Source of the DNA: an uncultured Candidatus Saccharibacteria bacterium
GTDB lineage: Bacteria > Patescibacteriota > Minisyncoccia > Phycocordibacterales > UBA12088
Assembly: GCA_964409035.1 (NCBI GenBank)
Contig: CAYPBQ010000002.1
Location: 83,267-147,266, forward strand
Reading direction: 5' to 3'
DNA: 64,000 bases
The notes under the pieces are model-generated. The model was given only the letters and a program-made list of their open reading frames with translations. It was not told the DNA's origin and did not search any database. Shown one piece after another: positions 20,148 through 30,889 of this stretch. Each line of letters begins with the position of its first letter. The stretch's first letter is position 1. The position numbers were made by a program, and so were the translations under genes.

Positions 20148-21371
20148 CTAAATACCTTCGGTAACCGAATATATCGGTGTGATCATTGATACCGCAAAAA
20201 ATCCAACAACAGCTCCCACGATAACCATCAAAAATGGTTCGATAATCGTGGACATGTCTTTTGTTTTTTGCTCAACCTCAAGCTCGTAAAACTCTGCGAC
20301 ACGCAAAAGAAGTTCAGGAAGTTTCCCAGTCTCCTCACCTACAGCAATAAGCTCGCCAACGAGTGTTGGATACAAATCTTCATGCACATGAAATACATCT
20401 GCGAGTGGATTACCTTTCTGGATTTTTTCTTTTGCTTCAACAAGCACCGCTCGATAGTATGAATGCTGTACCACATCAGCGGTAATCTCTAGTGAGTGCA
20501 CAACATCAACTCCAGCAGACAACAATGATGAGAGGGTGCGAGCAGTACGTGCAGAGTTGGTTTCCTTAACAAGCTCTTTTATGATTGGCATCTTGAGTAA
20601 TACCGTTTCAAATATTCTTCTGCCGATGCTGGTTTTAAGTCCGTAATAAAATCCTGCTATAACTCCGATGCATAGAATGATTGCGGCAACTGTTTGCTCT
20701 TGCATAAAATTACTTGCGCCGATAATCATCTTTGTTGATGCTGGAAGCTCTACTCCAAGCTCGGTAAATGTCTGACTGAGGGTAGGTACCACAAAGACCA
20801 AAAGGAGTGCGCCGATAACGACAAGTGCTGCCATAATGATTCCGGGATAAATGAGTGCTCCTTTGATTTTCTTTTTTAGTCGATAGGTCTGATCCATCTG
20901 CTCACCTACCACAAGCAGTGAGTTAGATAGCCCACCACTCTCTTCACCTGCGCGCACCATAGAAATAACCAGTGATGAAAATACTTTTGGATGTTTTGCT
21001 AGCGCTTCATTAAAAGTAATTCCCTTCTCTATTGATGCCACCAGATCAAGGAGTACTGTCTTGAATCCCGGCTTCTTTGTTTGCCGTTCCATCACCTGAA
21101 GTGCTCGCGAGAGGGAGAGCCCTGCTGAGAGCATGGCGGAAAGATTTTTGGCAAAGTTAATTTTGTCCGTCTCTTTTATTCTTCCAAAGAAACTACTGAT
21201 AATAGGTATCTGGATATTTATAGAACTTCCACCCTTTGTTTCTTCAAAAGAAACCACCGTCGCGTTTTCTTTGCGTATATGTTGGTACAGCTCAAATCTA
21301 TCTGTCGCCTCAAGCGTACCTTCGTACTCTTCTCCTGTATCTCGTTTAGCTTTGTATACAAATGTTGGCAT
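20148..21371 (-). CDS. pilC: Type IV pilus assembly platform protein PilC/GspF.
   Basis: 407 aa with two T2SSF repeats. Confidence 0.85.
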   Translation of the reverse strand: MPTFVYKAKRDTGEEYEGTLEATDRFELYQHIRKENATVVSFEETKGGSSINIQIPIISSFFGRIKETDKINFAKNLSAMLSAGLSLSRALQVMERQTKKPGFKTVLLDLVASIEKGITFNEALAKHPKVFSSLVISMVRAGEESGGLSNSLLVVGEQMDQTYRLKKKIKGALIYPGIIMAALVVIGALLLVFVVPTLSQTFTELGVELPASTKMIIGASNFMQEQTVAAIILCIGVIAGFYYGLKTSIGRRIFETVLLKMPIIKELVKETNSARTARTLSSLLSAGVDVVHSLEITADVVQHSYYRAVLVEAKEKIQKGNPLADVFHVHEDLYPTLVGELIAVGEETGKLPELLLRVAEFYELEVEQKTKDMSTIIEPFLMVIVGAVVGFFAVSMITPIYSVTEGI

Positions 21372-21607
21372 GGTGTGTACTTATGTCCGCGGCAACAAGC
21401 ATCTATTTATACCGAACAGCAGTACTTCAATGATACCACTCATCTCTCATTTATTTTGAAAGTTAATCAACAGTACAAGCTCTCAATGCGACACACAAAA
21501 ACCTTTCGATTTATCAAAAGGTTTTTGTGTGGGGTATTTGTATAAAAAGAAAATCACTCGAAAGAGTGATGCGTTACTGTACGAGTGTGATTTAACTGAG
21601 TACAAAA

Positions 21608-21680
21608 ACAAAAGAGGGCTCGCGAACGAGCCCTCTGCATGAGAGGTTTGGACCCTCTCATGCTAATTACTACTTGCTGT
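21608..21680 (-). terminator. Tandem hairpins (agagggctcg-cgaa-cgagccctct and catgagagg...cctctcatg) followed on the minus strand by a T-run; the pilB terminator.
   Basis: Seen about 100 nt downstream of the pilB stop. Confidence 0.55.
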
Positions 21681-21773
21681 GCCCTTCATACAAGAGATGC
21701 ACAGCATGATCAATGGTAAAACTAGACACATCGCCTAACAGGGGTGTGAGTCCACTAAAATAATTACTACTTA

Positions 21774-23525
21774 TTACTCACTAATTACACGAAGCACTTC
21801 TTCTATTGAGGTAATACCTTGCGCAGATTTGAATATGCCGTCTTCTAGCATGGTAAGCATGCCTTCTGTTCTTGCTTGCTGTTCAATATGGTCTGCGTCC
21901 TTACCTTCCATTATTAGGTCGCGAATTTTTGACGACATAGAAAGTATTTCGTGTATGCCGATACGCCCTTTATACGCGTCTTCTTCTTTACCTTTTTTAG
22001 GTCTAAAAAATGGAACTTTATCAAGTGTGGTGATCTTTTTATCTACTATCCCCTCTTCATGTAGCGCTTTCATCACGCGCTCAATATTTGCATGTACAGC
22101 AAGATTATCTACTTCTGCTTTGGTGAGATTGTACTCTTCTTTTTCTTTTGTAAACTTTCTTACCAATCGCTGGGCAATAACAACATCAAGGGTAGACACG
22201 AGGAGAAATGCTTCTGCACCCATTTCGATAAGACGAGGGATAGCGCCAGCAGCAGAGTTGGTGTGGAGCGTGGAGAGAACAAGGTGCCCCGTGAGTGCTG
22301 CATTAACAGCAAGACTTGCAGTTTCGCCATCACGAATCTCTCCCACCATGATAATGTCTGGGTCTTGGCGAACAAGTGAGCGCAGACCTTCGGAGAAGGT
22401 AAAGCCGATTTGTGGTTTTACCTGTGTCTGATTTACCCGTTGCATTTGATATTCGATAGGGTCTTCTATGGTTGAGATATTTACCTCTGGGGTATTTACA
22501 ATATCTAAAATAGTATAGAGCGTGGTTGTTTTACCTGAACCTGTTGGACCAGTAGTAAGAATCATGCCCACCGTACGGCGAGTTGCCTCGTGAATCTTTT
22601 CTAATCCATTACCATGGAAGCCAAGTGACTCAAGAGTGTAGCCTCCACCTCCCTCTCGCAACAATCGCATCACTGTTTTTTCACCGTAGTACACCGGCAA
22701 CACTGATACACGGAATGATACCTTTTCGTCATCTATCTTCATTTTAAAACGACCATCTTGTGGGAGACGCTTTTCATCAAGCTTTAAATTGGAAAGTACT
22801 TTTATGCGCGCCGTAATGGAAGGTCCTGCACTTTTAGGAAGTGACATTGCGTCATGGAGTATGCCGTCAATTCTATAGCGAACAAGTACTGTCTCTTCCA
22901 TTGGCTCTACGTGTATGTCAGATGCGTTTTGCAAAATTGCATGCTTTAAGAGCGCATTAACAATGCGTACCACAGGAAGATCTTCAGCGAGCTTTTTTAA
23001 ATCGGTACCAGAAACTTCCTCGCCTGAATTTTCAGATACTACCGCAAGTGTTTCTGATTCTCGTTTTATGATATCGCCAAACTCATCCTTGAGTGTTTTT
23101 TGATACTGCAGTAGCGCATCCTTGATTGAATTTACATCGGTAAGGCGAGGTAAAATCTTGAGTCCTGTCTTCTTTTTTATGAATTCAATAGAGCGTAGAT
23201 CATCTGTATCAAGCATGGCAACCTCAAGCTCCTTGTCCTGCTTTTTAAACGCGACAATATTGTTGGTGCGCGCAATAGGCTCTGGAATTAATGATAGAGT
23301 ATCAAAATCTATATGCTTCCCTTTTAATGAAATAAACGGGATACCAAGTATGTATGCCTGTACCCGGCGCAAATCATCCTCAGAAAGGTGCCCATCACTT
23401 AATAAAATGTCCCCTAGTTTTTTCTTTGTTGCTTTTGCTTTAATCAATGAATCCTCAACCACCTGCTTGGGCACAAGACCAGAATCAAGTACGAATTCTT
23501 TTAGTTGTATTTGATCTACTACCAT
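21774..23525 (-). CDS. pilB: Type IV pilus assembly ATPase PilB/GspE.
   Basis: 583 aa. Walker A (GPTGSGKTTT), Asp box and His box (LSTLHTNSAAGAIPRL). N-terminal GSPII_E_N domain. Confidence 0.9.
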   Translation of the reverse strand: MVVDQIQLKEFVLDSGLVPKQVVEDSLIKAKATKKKLGDILLSDGHLSEDDLRRVQAYILGIPFISLKGKHIDFDTLSLIPEPIARTNNIVAFKKQDKELEVAMLDTDDLRSIEFIKKKTGLKILPRLTDVNSIKDALLQYQKTLKDEFGDIIKRESETLAVVSENSGEEVSGTDLKKLAEDLPVVRIVNALLKHAILQNASDIHVEPMEETVLVRYRIDGILHDAMSLPKSAGPSITARIKVLSNLKLDEKRLPQDGRFKMKIDDEKVSFRVSVLPVYYGEKTVMRLLREGGGGYTLESLGFHGNGLEKIHEATRRTVGMILTTGPTGSGKTTTLYTILDIVNTPEVNISTIEDPIEYQMQRVNQTQVKPQIGFTFSEGLRSLVRQDPDIIMVGEIRDGETASLAVNAALTGHLVLSTLHTNSAAGAIPRLIEMGAEAFLLVSTLDVVIAQRLVRKFTKEKEEYNLTKAEVDNLAVHANIERVMKALHEEGIVDKKITTLDKVPFFRPKKGKEEDAYKGRIGIHEILSMSSKIRDLIMEGKDADHIEQQARTEGMLTMLEDGIFKSAQGITSIEEVLRVISE

Positions 23526-24055
23526 TATAAGTAGTATACCGCATACACGCGGTTACTTTAGGCACTTCTCAACATGCGACATAGGTACACAGTGTTTACC
23601 GTTACAAAAGAAACAGCACGCAGAGTATTGCGTGCTGTTTGGTGAAGGAGTCTTCACATGACTAATTATTTTTTCTCCATCTCTTTTTAAATTTCGCTTT
23701 TCGTAACTCCTTTTCGATTCTTTCTTTTTGTCTTTTTTCACTTTCTTCTTGCTCTTTTCTTTGCTTTGGAGTTTTCTTCATGACCGTCTCCAACCGGCCT
23801 ACGTGCCGGCAACGTCCGCACCACTGGCGGATGAAACAACACTACGTGTATTATTACATGAAAATATTGATTAGTCAATAGCTTACTTGACAGTTTTTAG
23901 TCAGATGCTAGTATTATCGCATCAGAAACGCCCCATTGGGGCGATTCTTTTTGCCCGAATAATAGTTATATAGTACTTATTCATACATACTATATATAAT
24001 AGAAGGGTATGATGTGTATACGGGTATTTAGAAGACAATTGAATAACAACTACAT

Positions 24056-25222
24056 ATGGCGCTATTTGATCTAAAAGTAATTAATTCAGTCCTTGACCAG
24101 CTCGAAGAAGAGCGTGGTATTCCTCGTGCAAAAACCCTTGATGCAATCGAGCAAGCACTTGCTACTGCTTATAAAAAGGAGTACGGAAAGCGCTCACAGA
24201 TTGTACGAGCAAAATTTAATCCAGAAACTGGGGATGTTACCTTTTCCCAAGTAAAGATAGTGGTAGACCCGTCGCAGGTACGCATGGAAAGCGACGAACC
24301 AGTTGATAAGGATGATGACCGTATTCGCTACAACCCAGAACAGCATATATTTATTGACGATGCTCGCAGAATGAAAAAGGATACCGAGCTAGACGAAGAA
24401 ATAGTATTCCCTCTTGAAGAGAAGGGTGACTACGGACGAATCGCCGCACAAACCGCAAAACAAGTAATTATTCAGAAAATACGAGAGGCGGAAAAGACCT
24501 CAGTATTTGAGGAATACGGCCAAAAGCAAGGAGAAATAGTGTCCGGTACAGTACAGAGAATAGAACGGGGTAATATCTACATTGATCTTGGTAGAACTAC
24601 CGGCATCCTCCCATACGAAGAACAAATACCTGGTGAACGTTTTCGCCAGGGCGAGCGTGTGCGAGCGTACCTGTACTCTGTTGATGAGGGACACCGTGGT
24701 GTGTTTTTGCGACTTTCCAGATCACATCCTAAGTTTCTTGCAAAGCTTTTTGAAATGGAAACTCCTGAATTACAGCACAAAACCGTGGAAATTAAGGCAA
24801 TCGCACGTGAACCGGGTAGCAGATCTAAAATTGCTGTTACCTCATATGATGATCACATTGACCCAGTAGGATCGCTTGTAGGTCAACGTGGCGTACGCGT
24901 AACCACTGTAATGGGTGAACTAGGTGGCGAAAAGATAGACATCATTGCCTGGGATGCTAATCCTACAACATTTATCGAGGAAGCCCTCTCTCCTGCAAAA
25001 ATACTCAATATAGAGATTAATGAAACAACAAGGACTGCCTTTGTTGAAGTATCTGAGGATCAGCAATCTCTAGCAATTGGAAAAGCGGGGCAAAACGTCC
25101 GTCTTGCGGCTAAACTAACTGGTTGGAAAATTGATATTCACTCAGTAGGTACACCAGAAAGTACAGATTCTGCGGATGAAACTGCGGATACGCCACTTTC
25201 TACGGAAACAGAAACGGAGTAA
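24056..25222 (+). CDS. nusA: Transcription termination/antitermination factor NusA.
   Basis: 388 aa with an N-terminal domain, an S1 domain and two KH domains. Confidence 0.9.
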   Translation: MALFDLKVINSVLDQLEEERGIPRAKTLDAIEQALATAYKKEYGKRSQIVRAKFNPETGDVTFSQVKIVVDPSQVRMESDEPVDKDDDRIRYNPEQHIFIDDARRMKKDTELDEEIVFPLEEKGDYGRIAAQTAKQVIIQKIREAEKTSVFEEYGQKQGEIVSGTVQRIERGNIYIDLGRTTGILPYEEQIPGERFRQGERVRAYLYSVDEGHRGVFLRLSRSHPKFLAKLFEMETPELQHKTVEIKAIAREPGSRSKIAVTSYDDHIDPVGSLVGQRGVRVTTVMGELGGEKIDIIAWDANPTTFIEEALSPAKILNIEINETTRTAFVEVSEDQQSLAIGKAGQNVRLAAKLTGWKIDIHSVGTPESTDSADETADTPLSTETETE

Positions 25223-25256
25223 AGTAACGCTGTTAGCACTAACCATACAACAGTCT

Positions 25257-25778
25257 ATGAATCTACTTCATGACATTGAACCAGGGACCCGTGATGAAAT
25301 GAATGTCATCATAGAAATTCCACGCGGTTCTAAAAATAAGTACGAAATAGATAAGGCCACAGGTCTTATTGCCCTTGATAGAGCCATGCACACTTCGCAG
25401 GACTATCCATTTGATTATGGCTTCATTCCGCGCACTCTATGGGACGATGGTGACGCACTCGACGTGCTTGTCCTTACCACCTACCCATTAGCTCCAGGCA
25501 TTCTTGTACGAGTACGCCCAGTAGCTGTAATGGATATGATTGATGGAGGTGAAAGTGACAATAAAGTGATTGCGGTACCAACCGACGATCCGCGGTGGAA
25601 TGAAGTGAAAGACCTAGGAGACATCAATAAACACACCATAAAAGAGATCGAGCACTTCTTCTCTACCTACAAAAAAATTCAAAATAAGGAGGTTGCAGTA
25701 AATGGATTTAGAGGAGCTGAAGACGCAAAAAAAGACTACGACAAGGCGATAGCTCAGTACCAAGCAAAGAAGGCATAG
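25257..25778 (+). CDS. ppa: Inorganic pyrophosphatase, family I. The start is the internal MNLLHDIE.
   Basis: EIPRGSKNKYE and DGDALDVLV signatures. Confidence 0.85.
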   Translation: MNLLHDIEPGTRDEMNVIIEIPRGSKNKYEIDKATGLIALDRAMHTSQDYPFDYGFIPRTLWDDGDALDVLVLTTYPLAPGILVRVRPVAVMDMIDGGESDNKVIAVPTDDPRWNEVKDLGDINKHTIKEIEHFFSTYKKIQNKEVAVNGFRGAEDAKKDYDKAIAQYQAKKA

Positions 25779-25942
25779 TCTCGCTACACAACATATAGCA
25801 ATAGAATAATCCCCACCAACTGGTGGGGATTATTCTATCCACACAAGAAAACTCTCCTATCACACTTTTGTTGGTATACTTATCGCAAGTATACGGCTTG
25901 TGCTTGGTACTTGTTATTATCATTTATTTAATAAAAGAACAT

Positions 25943-26794
25943 ATGCGTAGTTATCTTTTAGTACTACTTCTCGCATTTGTGGTCACCCTAGGTGGTGTGC
26001 CGGTACACGCGGAAGAATCAACCACAACAGGAGCTTCTAGCACATCTACAAAAGATCGCTTTAATGCGGTACGCGAACAAAGTTCAGCAAAACTTGAGGA
26101 GGCACGTGCGCAAGCTGAAGCAAAGAAGGCAGAGCTTCAGAAGTCACTTGAAGCAAAAAAGGCTGAGATGGTAAAAAAAGCAGAAGAAAAAAAGGCCGAG
26201 GTGAAGGCGATGATTGATACCAAAAAGGCATCAACTACTGAGCGGATGGAACAGCGAAAGGCCTCAACAACACAACGTATTGAGGACAGAAAGGCATCTT
26301 CAAGTGCCAGAGTGGACGAAATGAAGAAAAAACAAGAAGAGCGAAAGGCAGAACTTGAGGCAAAGGCAAAAGAAAGAGTGACTGAATACTCTGAAAAGGT
26401 CACAGAGAGACTTCTTGCTGCTGTAACACGACTTGATGATATTACCGTGCGTGTAGAGACTCGTATTGCCAAGCTACTTGAACAACACGCAGCAGCAGGG
26501 CTAAAGCTAGACACAGCAACAGCAAAGCTAACTGAAGCTAAGTCAGCTATTAACGCAGCAGAAACAAGCGCAGGAACAATAATGGCAAGCGTTGAAGCCG
26601 CCCTAGCAACTGAAGATCCAAAGAAAGCAATCGAGGAAGTAAAAAAAGAAATAAAGAATATTATCGAGCAAATCAAGGATGCACACGAATTGTTGCGTGA
26701 TGCAGTAAAAGAAATTAACAAGGCGGTGACTGCGTTCAACAAAACACGAAAGACCACTACCCCAACAAACACCGCGACAAGTACCACTAATTAA
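25943..26794 (+). CDS. Secreted Lys/Glu/Ala-rich coiled-coil protein. The signal peptide starts at MRSYLLVLLLAFVV.
   Basis: Signal peptide followed by apolipoprotein-like amphipathic helical repeats. Confidence 0.45.
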   Translation: MRSYLLVLLLAFVVTLGGVPVHAEESTTTGASSTSTKDRFNAVREQSSAKLEEARAQAEAKKAELQKSLEAKKAEMVKKAEEKKAEVKAMIDTKKASTTERMEQRKASTTQRIEDRKASSSARVDEMKKKQEERKAELEAKAKERVTEYSEKVTERLLAAVTRLDDITVRVETRIAKLLEQHAAAGLKLDTATAKLTEAKSAINAAETSAGTIMASVEAALATEDPKKAIEEVKKEIKNIIEQIKDAHELLRDAVKEINKAVTAFNKTRKTTTPTNTATSTTN

Positions 26795-26820
26795 TAGCAG
26801 TAATAGATTAACCACGTACT

Positions 26821-27183
26821 ATGGACGAACAACAAAACAACATGGGTACCGTACCGCCGGTTGCTCCTATGCAGAACCAAGCACCAGCACAGGCGCCTGT
26901 AACGCATCATGGATCAATGGGTCCAGTTATTGGGGCAATAATCGTTATTGCTATTCTTGCGGTAGGAGGTCTCTACTACTGGGGGGCAGAACTCAGAAAA
27001 ACTGAAATGAACCTATCTAACGATCAAGAGTATGCGCCAGTTGAAGCGGATGAATCTGCACCAACAGCACAAGAACTGCTTGAACTTAGCACTTCAGATG
27101 AAATTTCAGATATTCAAAGTGATATCGAAGCATCAAATTTCGATGCGTTGGACGCTGAGCTCAGTGGTGATCTAAATCTCTAG
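26821..27183 (+). CDS. Small single-pass membrane protein with an acidic C-terminal tail.
   Basis: One transmembrane helix (VIGAIIVIAILAVGGLYYW). A terminator follows. Confidence 0.4.
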   Translation: MDEQQNNMGTVPPVAPMQNQAPAQAPVTHHGSMGPVIGAIIVIAILAVGGLYYWGAELRKTEMNLSNDQEYAPVEADESAPTAQELLELSTSDEISDIQSDIEASNFDALDAELSGDLNL

Positions 27184-27204
27184 AGTAATCCCTTGTTGCT
27201 ACAT

Positions 27205-27245
27205 AAAACACGCCAGCACTAGATTGTGCGGGCGTGTTTTGTTAT
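27205..27245 (+). terminator. Intrinsic terminator (aacacgcc...ggcgtgtttt).
   Basis: Stem followed by TTTTGTT. Confidence 0.55.
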
Positions 27246-27256
27246 AGTCCATCAAT

Positions 27257-28417
27257 ATGACAGAAAAACAATACGAAGATATAGTAATAACACCAAAAGA
27301 GCACTCCGAGGTAGAAATCACCGGGGCGCTTACCGCACCCTCGATAGAGAAAAAGAAGCCTGAGGTACTCAAAAAAATTGCTAGCAAACTAACTATTGAT
27401 GGTTTTAGAGAGGGACACGTACCAGAGGCGGTGGCACTAAAACACGTTGGAGAAATGAAACTACTTGAAGAGGTGGCATTATCAATGCTTGAAAAAGCAT
27501 ACCCAGAAATTGTACTTTCAAACAATCTTGAGGTCATAGGTAGACCTGAGGTAGCCATAACCAAAATAGCTCCAGGAAATCCAATCGAATTTAGAATTCG
27601 AACTGCGGTGATACCGACCGTTACGCTTCCAGACTATGAAACAATTGCTAAAGATATGCGTGCAGAGTGGGAAAAAAGCACTGTCACATTGTCTGATGAA
27701 GAATTTGAATCAGTACTTACTGATATTCGTAAGCGACATGCCCTACTAAAAAAGAAAGAATTGGATAGCGAGAGCACTGCGACCATTGATGATATAAAAA
27801 CCGAGGATTTGGTTACCCTCACCGATGAGATGGTGGGAGAATTTGGTGAATTTACATCCGTGGGAGACTTTCATGCAAAGCTAAGAACCGACCTAGAGCG
27901 AGATAAGCAATTTAAAGAAAAAGAGAAACAGCGAGCTGCTATAGCCGATGCGATTGCAGAAAAGACAGTAGTCGATGTCCCTAAAATATTTGTCGAAAGT
28001 GAGCTTGATAAAATGCTTACCGACATGAATGCGCACCTTTCAAGAATGAATGTTTCTCTCGAAGATTATCTATCACACACCGGAAAAACAAAAGAAACCA
28101 TAAAGGAGGAGTGGCGAGGAGAAGCAACCAAGCGTGCAACCCTTCAATTAGCTCTTTCTACTATCGCAAAGAAAGAGGGTCTAGTTCCACAAAGTGAACG
28201 AGTACACAAGGAAGTCTCTCACTTACTGATTCACTACCCTGACGCAAACCCTGAAGCGCTAGAGAGCTATGTCAGCACCCTTATGATGAACGATATGGTG
28301 TTTACCTACCTTGAAACCGGGGTTAAGCCAGCCGAACCAAGTCCAATCCATGATCACGACCATGATGATCACCATGATCATGATGATGAGGATGATACTC
28401 ACCACACAGAGCAATAG
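27257..28417 (+). CDS. tig: Trigger factor-like chaperone lacking a recognisable PPIase domain, with a His/Asp-rich C-terminal tail.
   Basis: Trigger-factor C-domain similarity and the conserved position before clpP. Confidence 0.55.
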   Translation: MTEKQYEDIVITPKEHSEVEITGALTAPSIEKKKPEVLKKIASKLTIDGFREGHVPEAVALKHVGEMKLLEEVALSMLEKAYPEIVLSNNLEVIGRPEVAITKIAPGNPIEFRIRTAVIPTVTLPDYETIAKDMRAEWEKSTVTLSDEEFESVLTDIRKRHALLKKKELDSESTATIDDIKTEDLVTLTDEMVGEFGEFTSVGDFHAKLRTDLERDKQFKEKEKQRAAIADAIAEKTVVDVPKIFVESELDKMLTDMNAHLSRMNVSLEDYLSHTGKTKETIKEEWRGEATKRATLQLALSTIAKKEGLVPQSERVHKEVSHLLIHYPDANPEALESYVSTLMMNDMVFTYLETGVKPAEPSPIHDHDHDDHHDHDDEDDTHHTEQ

Positions 28418-28482
28418 GCTATCGCTGCAACAATATTGCGTCAGCGCACACATTTGTTAGTATTGGCATATAAACAACATCT

Positions 28483-29070
28483 ATGAGCTACTTAGTACCA
28501 ACAGTAATAGAGAAAAGCACTCACGGCGAACGAGCATATGATATATACTCACGCTTACTTAAAGAGCGCATTATATTTTTAGGTGGACCAATTGATGACA
28601 CCGGAGCCAACCTCATCATTGCACAGCTACTCTTTCTAGAAAGCGAGGATCCAAAGAAAGATATTTCGTTGTATGTAAACTCGCCAGGAGGTCATGTTGA
28701 CGCTGGGTTGGCTATTATAGACACCATGAACCACGTAAAGCCAGATGTATCAACGGTATGCGTGGGTATGGCAGCTTCTATGGGCTCAATGATTCTTACG
28801 AGTGGCGCAAAGGGTAAGCGATTTATTCTCCCTAATGCAGAGGTAATGATTCACCAGCCATGGGGTGGTATACAGGGTCAGGCATCAGATATAGAAATAA
28901 CAGCTCGACATATCCTCAAACTACGAGATCGCCTCAATAAAATGCTTGCTAAAACAACAGGCCAAAAACTTGAACAAATTGAAAAAGACGTAGATAGAGA
29001 CTTTTTCATGGATGCCGAAGAAGCAAGAAAGTACGGCATTGTGGATGAGGTGCTTAAGGTTAAGAAATAA
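28483..29070 (+). CDS. clpP: ATP-dependent Clp protease proteolytic subunit.
   Basis: Catalytic S, H and D residues in context ([13 protein letters not shown]). Confidence 0.95.
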   Translation: MSYLVPTVIEKSTHGERAYDIYSRLLKERIIFLGGPIDDTGANLIIAQLLFLESEDPKKDISLYVNSPGGHVDAGLAIIDTMNHVKPDVSTVCVGMAASMGSMILTSGAKGKRFILPNAEVMIHQPWGGIQGQASDIEITARHILKLRDRLNKMLAKTTGQKLEQIEKDVDRDFFMDAEEARKYGIVDEVLKVKK

Positions 29071-29090
29071 TCTTGTATATTCGTGATAGC

Positions 29091-29122
29091 AAAAACAGCA
29101 TGGTTACACCATGCTGTTTTGC
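29091..29122 (+). terminator. Intrinsic terminator after clpP.
   Basis: aacagcatgg-ttacacc-atgctgtttt. Confidence 0.6.
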
Positions 29123-29314
29123 GCTTCCTAGAACTTCTGGTACTGTGGACGTATACCTACAATACACGATAGGAACATTATTCACTTAGTACCAAAGGAA
29201 TTTCTTCAAAAGTACGTATGTATCTCTCAATAGAAACTGAAAAAAAACATTCTTCAAGCCATTTTTCCTGTTTTTCAGGCACATCAAGATAGTCTCTAGG
29301 GATACTCGCTCCTT

Positions 29315-30868
29315 TTGCGGAAGCTCTTTTACCGCAATATGTCTACAACAATACTACTGCTCGTTATCGCCCTTGTTGGCGTAGCTGGGACAGTTTTCGG
29401 CTATTTTTTGCGTTGGATAATCTCTCTAGGAAAGAGGGGTTCTATGGAGCTTGAGATAAAGAAGATGATGCTCGAAGCAAGAGAAGAGAGTAAACGAATC
29501 ACTGAAGCTGCAGAGAAAAAGGCGCTAGAGATTACAGAAGAAAAAACACAAGAATTTAAAGAAAAAGAACGAGAATATAAAAAAACTGAGGAGCGCCTCA
29601 TTGCAAAGGAAAGTCTTTTGGATAAGCGCCAAATTGATATCGACAAAGAGGTCGAGGTGATTAAGGCGCAAGGAGTAGAAATAGCAACCACCAAAGAGAG
29701 ACTTGAATCTGAGCGAAAAAAGCAACTTGAGGAACTAGAACGAGTCGCTGGACTTTCAATGAAGGAAGCAAAAACTGAGCTTGAAAAGAAATTAGAGCAA
29801 GAATACGAAGAGGATCTCATGTTGCGTCTTAAGAAGCTTGAAATTTCAGGAAAGGAAAAACTAGAGAAGAAGGCGCAAGATATTCTTGTTACTTCGATTC
29901 ATCGAATGGGTAATAGCGTGGCACAAGATATCATGAGTACCGCGATACCAATTCCAAATGATGAAATAAAAGGAAAGATAATTGGTAAAGAAGGAAGAAA
30001 TATTAAGGCCTTTGAACGAGCCTCTGGGGTAGAAGTAATTATAGATGACACCCCTGGTTCAATTGTACTGTCGAGCTTTGACCCAGTACGAAGACAGGTT
30101 GCTCGTGTCGCACTTGAAAACCTCATCATTGATGGGCGTATTCAACCAGCAAAGATAGAGGAGATGGTTGAAAAAGCAAAAGAAGAAATAAACAAGATAA
30201 TCAAAGAAAAAGGCGAGCAAGCTGCGTATGAAGCGGGAGTATTAAATCTAGATTCTCGAACACTTGCAATACTTGGAAGGCTTCATTTTCGTACTAGCTA
30301 CGGGCAGAATGTACTGCAACACTCTGTTGAAATGGCTCACATAGCAGGCATGCTTGCAGCTGAGTTAGGTGCTGATGTACAAATTGCACGTGCCGGCGCT
30401 CTTGTTCACGATATTGGAAAGGCGTTAGATCACGAGGTGCAAGGATCTCATGTTGAGATAGGAAGAAGGATACTCCAAAAATTCGGTGAAGATGAACGCA
30501 TAATCAAAGCAATGCAAGCACATCATGAGGAATATCCATATGAAACTATTGAATCAATTATTGTGCAGGTAGCTGATGCAATATCAGGTGGTAGACCAGG
30601 TGCAAGACGTGATACGGTAGAAAATTACCTCAAACGACTTGCTGAGCTTGAAGCAATAGCAAACTCATTTGAAGGCGTAGACAGATCATTTGCCCTTTCG
30701 GCTGGGCGCGAGATTCGTATCTTTGTTCACCCTGAACAAGTATCTGATATACGAGCACACGAAATGGCACGAGATATTGCAAAGAAAATTGAATCAGACC
30801 TTAAATACCCTGGTGAAATTAAAGTCCACGTCATACGAGAAAATAGAGTTATTGAATACGCACGGTAA
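29315..30868 (+). CDS. rny: Ribonuclease Y.
   Basis: N-terminal transmembrane helix, coiled coil, KH domain (IIGKEGRNIK) and HD domain (HSVEMAHIAG ... HDIGK). Confidence 0.9.
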   Translation: MRKLFYRNMSTTILLLVIALVGVAGTVFGYFLRWIISLGKRGSMELEIKKMMLEAREESKRITEAAEKKALEITEEKTQEFKEKEREYKKTEERLIAKESLLDKRQIDIDKEVEVIKAQGVEIATTKERLESERKKQLEELERVAGLSMKEAKTELEKKLEQEYEEDLMLRLKKLEISGKEKLEKKAQDILVTSIHRMGNSVAQDIMSTAIPIPNDEIKGKIIGKEGRNIKAFERASGVEVIIDDTPGSIVLSSFDPVRRQVARVALENLIIDGRIQPAKIEEMVEKAKEEINKIIKEKGEQAAYEAGVLNLDSRTLAILGRLHFRTSYGQNVLQHSVEMAHIAGMLAAELGADVQIARAGALVHDIGKALDHEVQGSHVEIGRRILQKFGEDERIIKAMQAHHEEYPYETIESIIVQVADAISGGRPGARRDTVENYLKRLAELEAIANSFEGVDRSFALSAGREIRIFVHPEQVSDIRAHEMARDIAKKIESDLKYPGEIKVHVIRENRVIEYAR

Positions 30869-30889
30869 TTGTTGCCAACCATTTACTTA

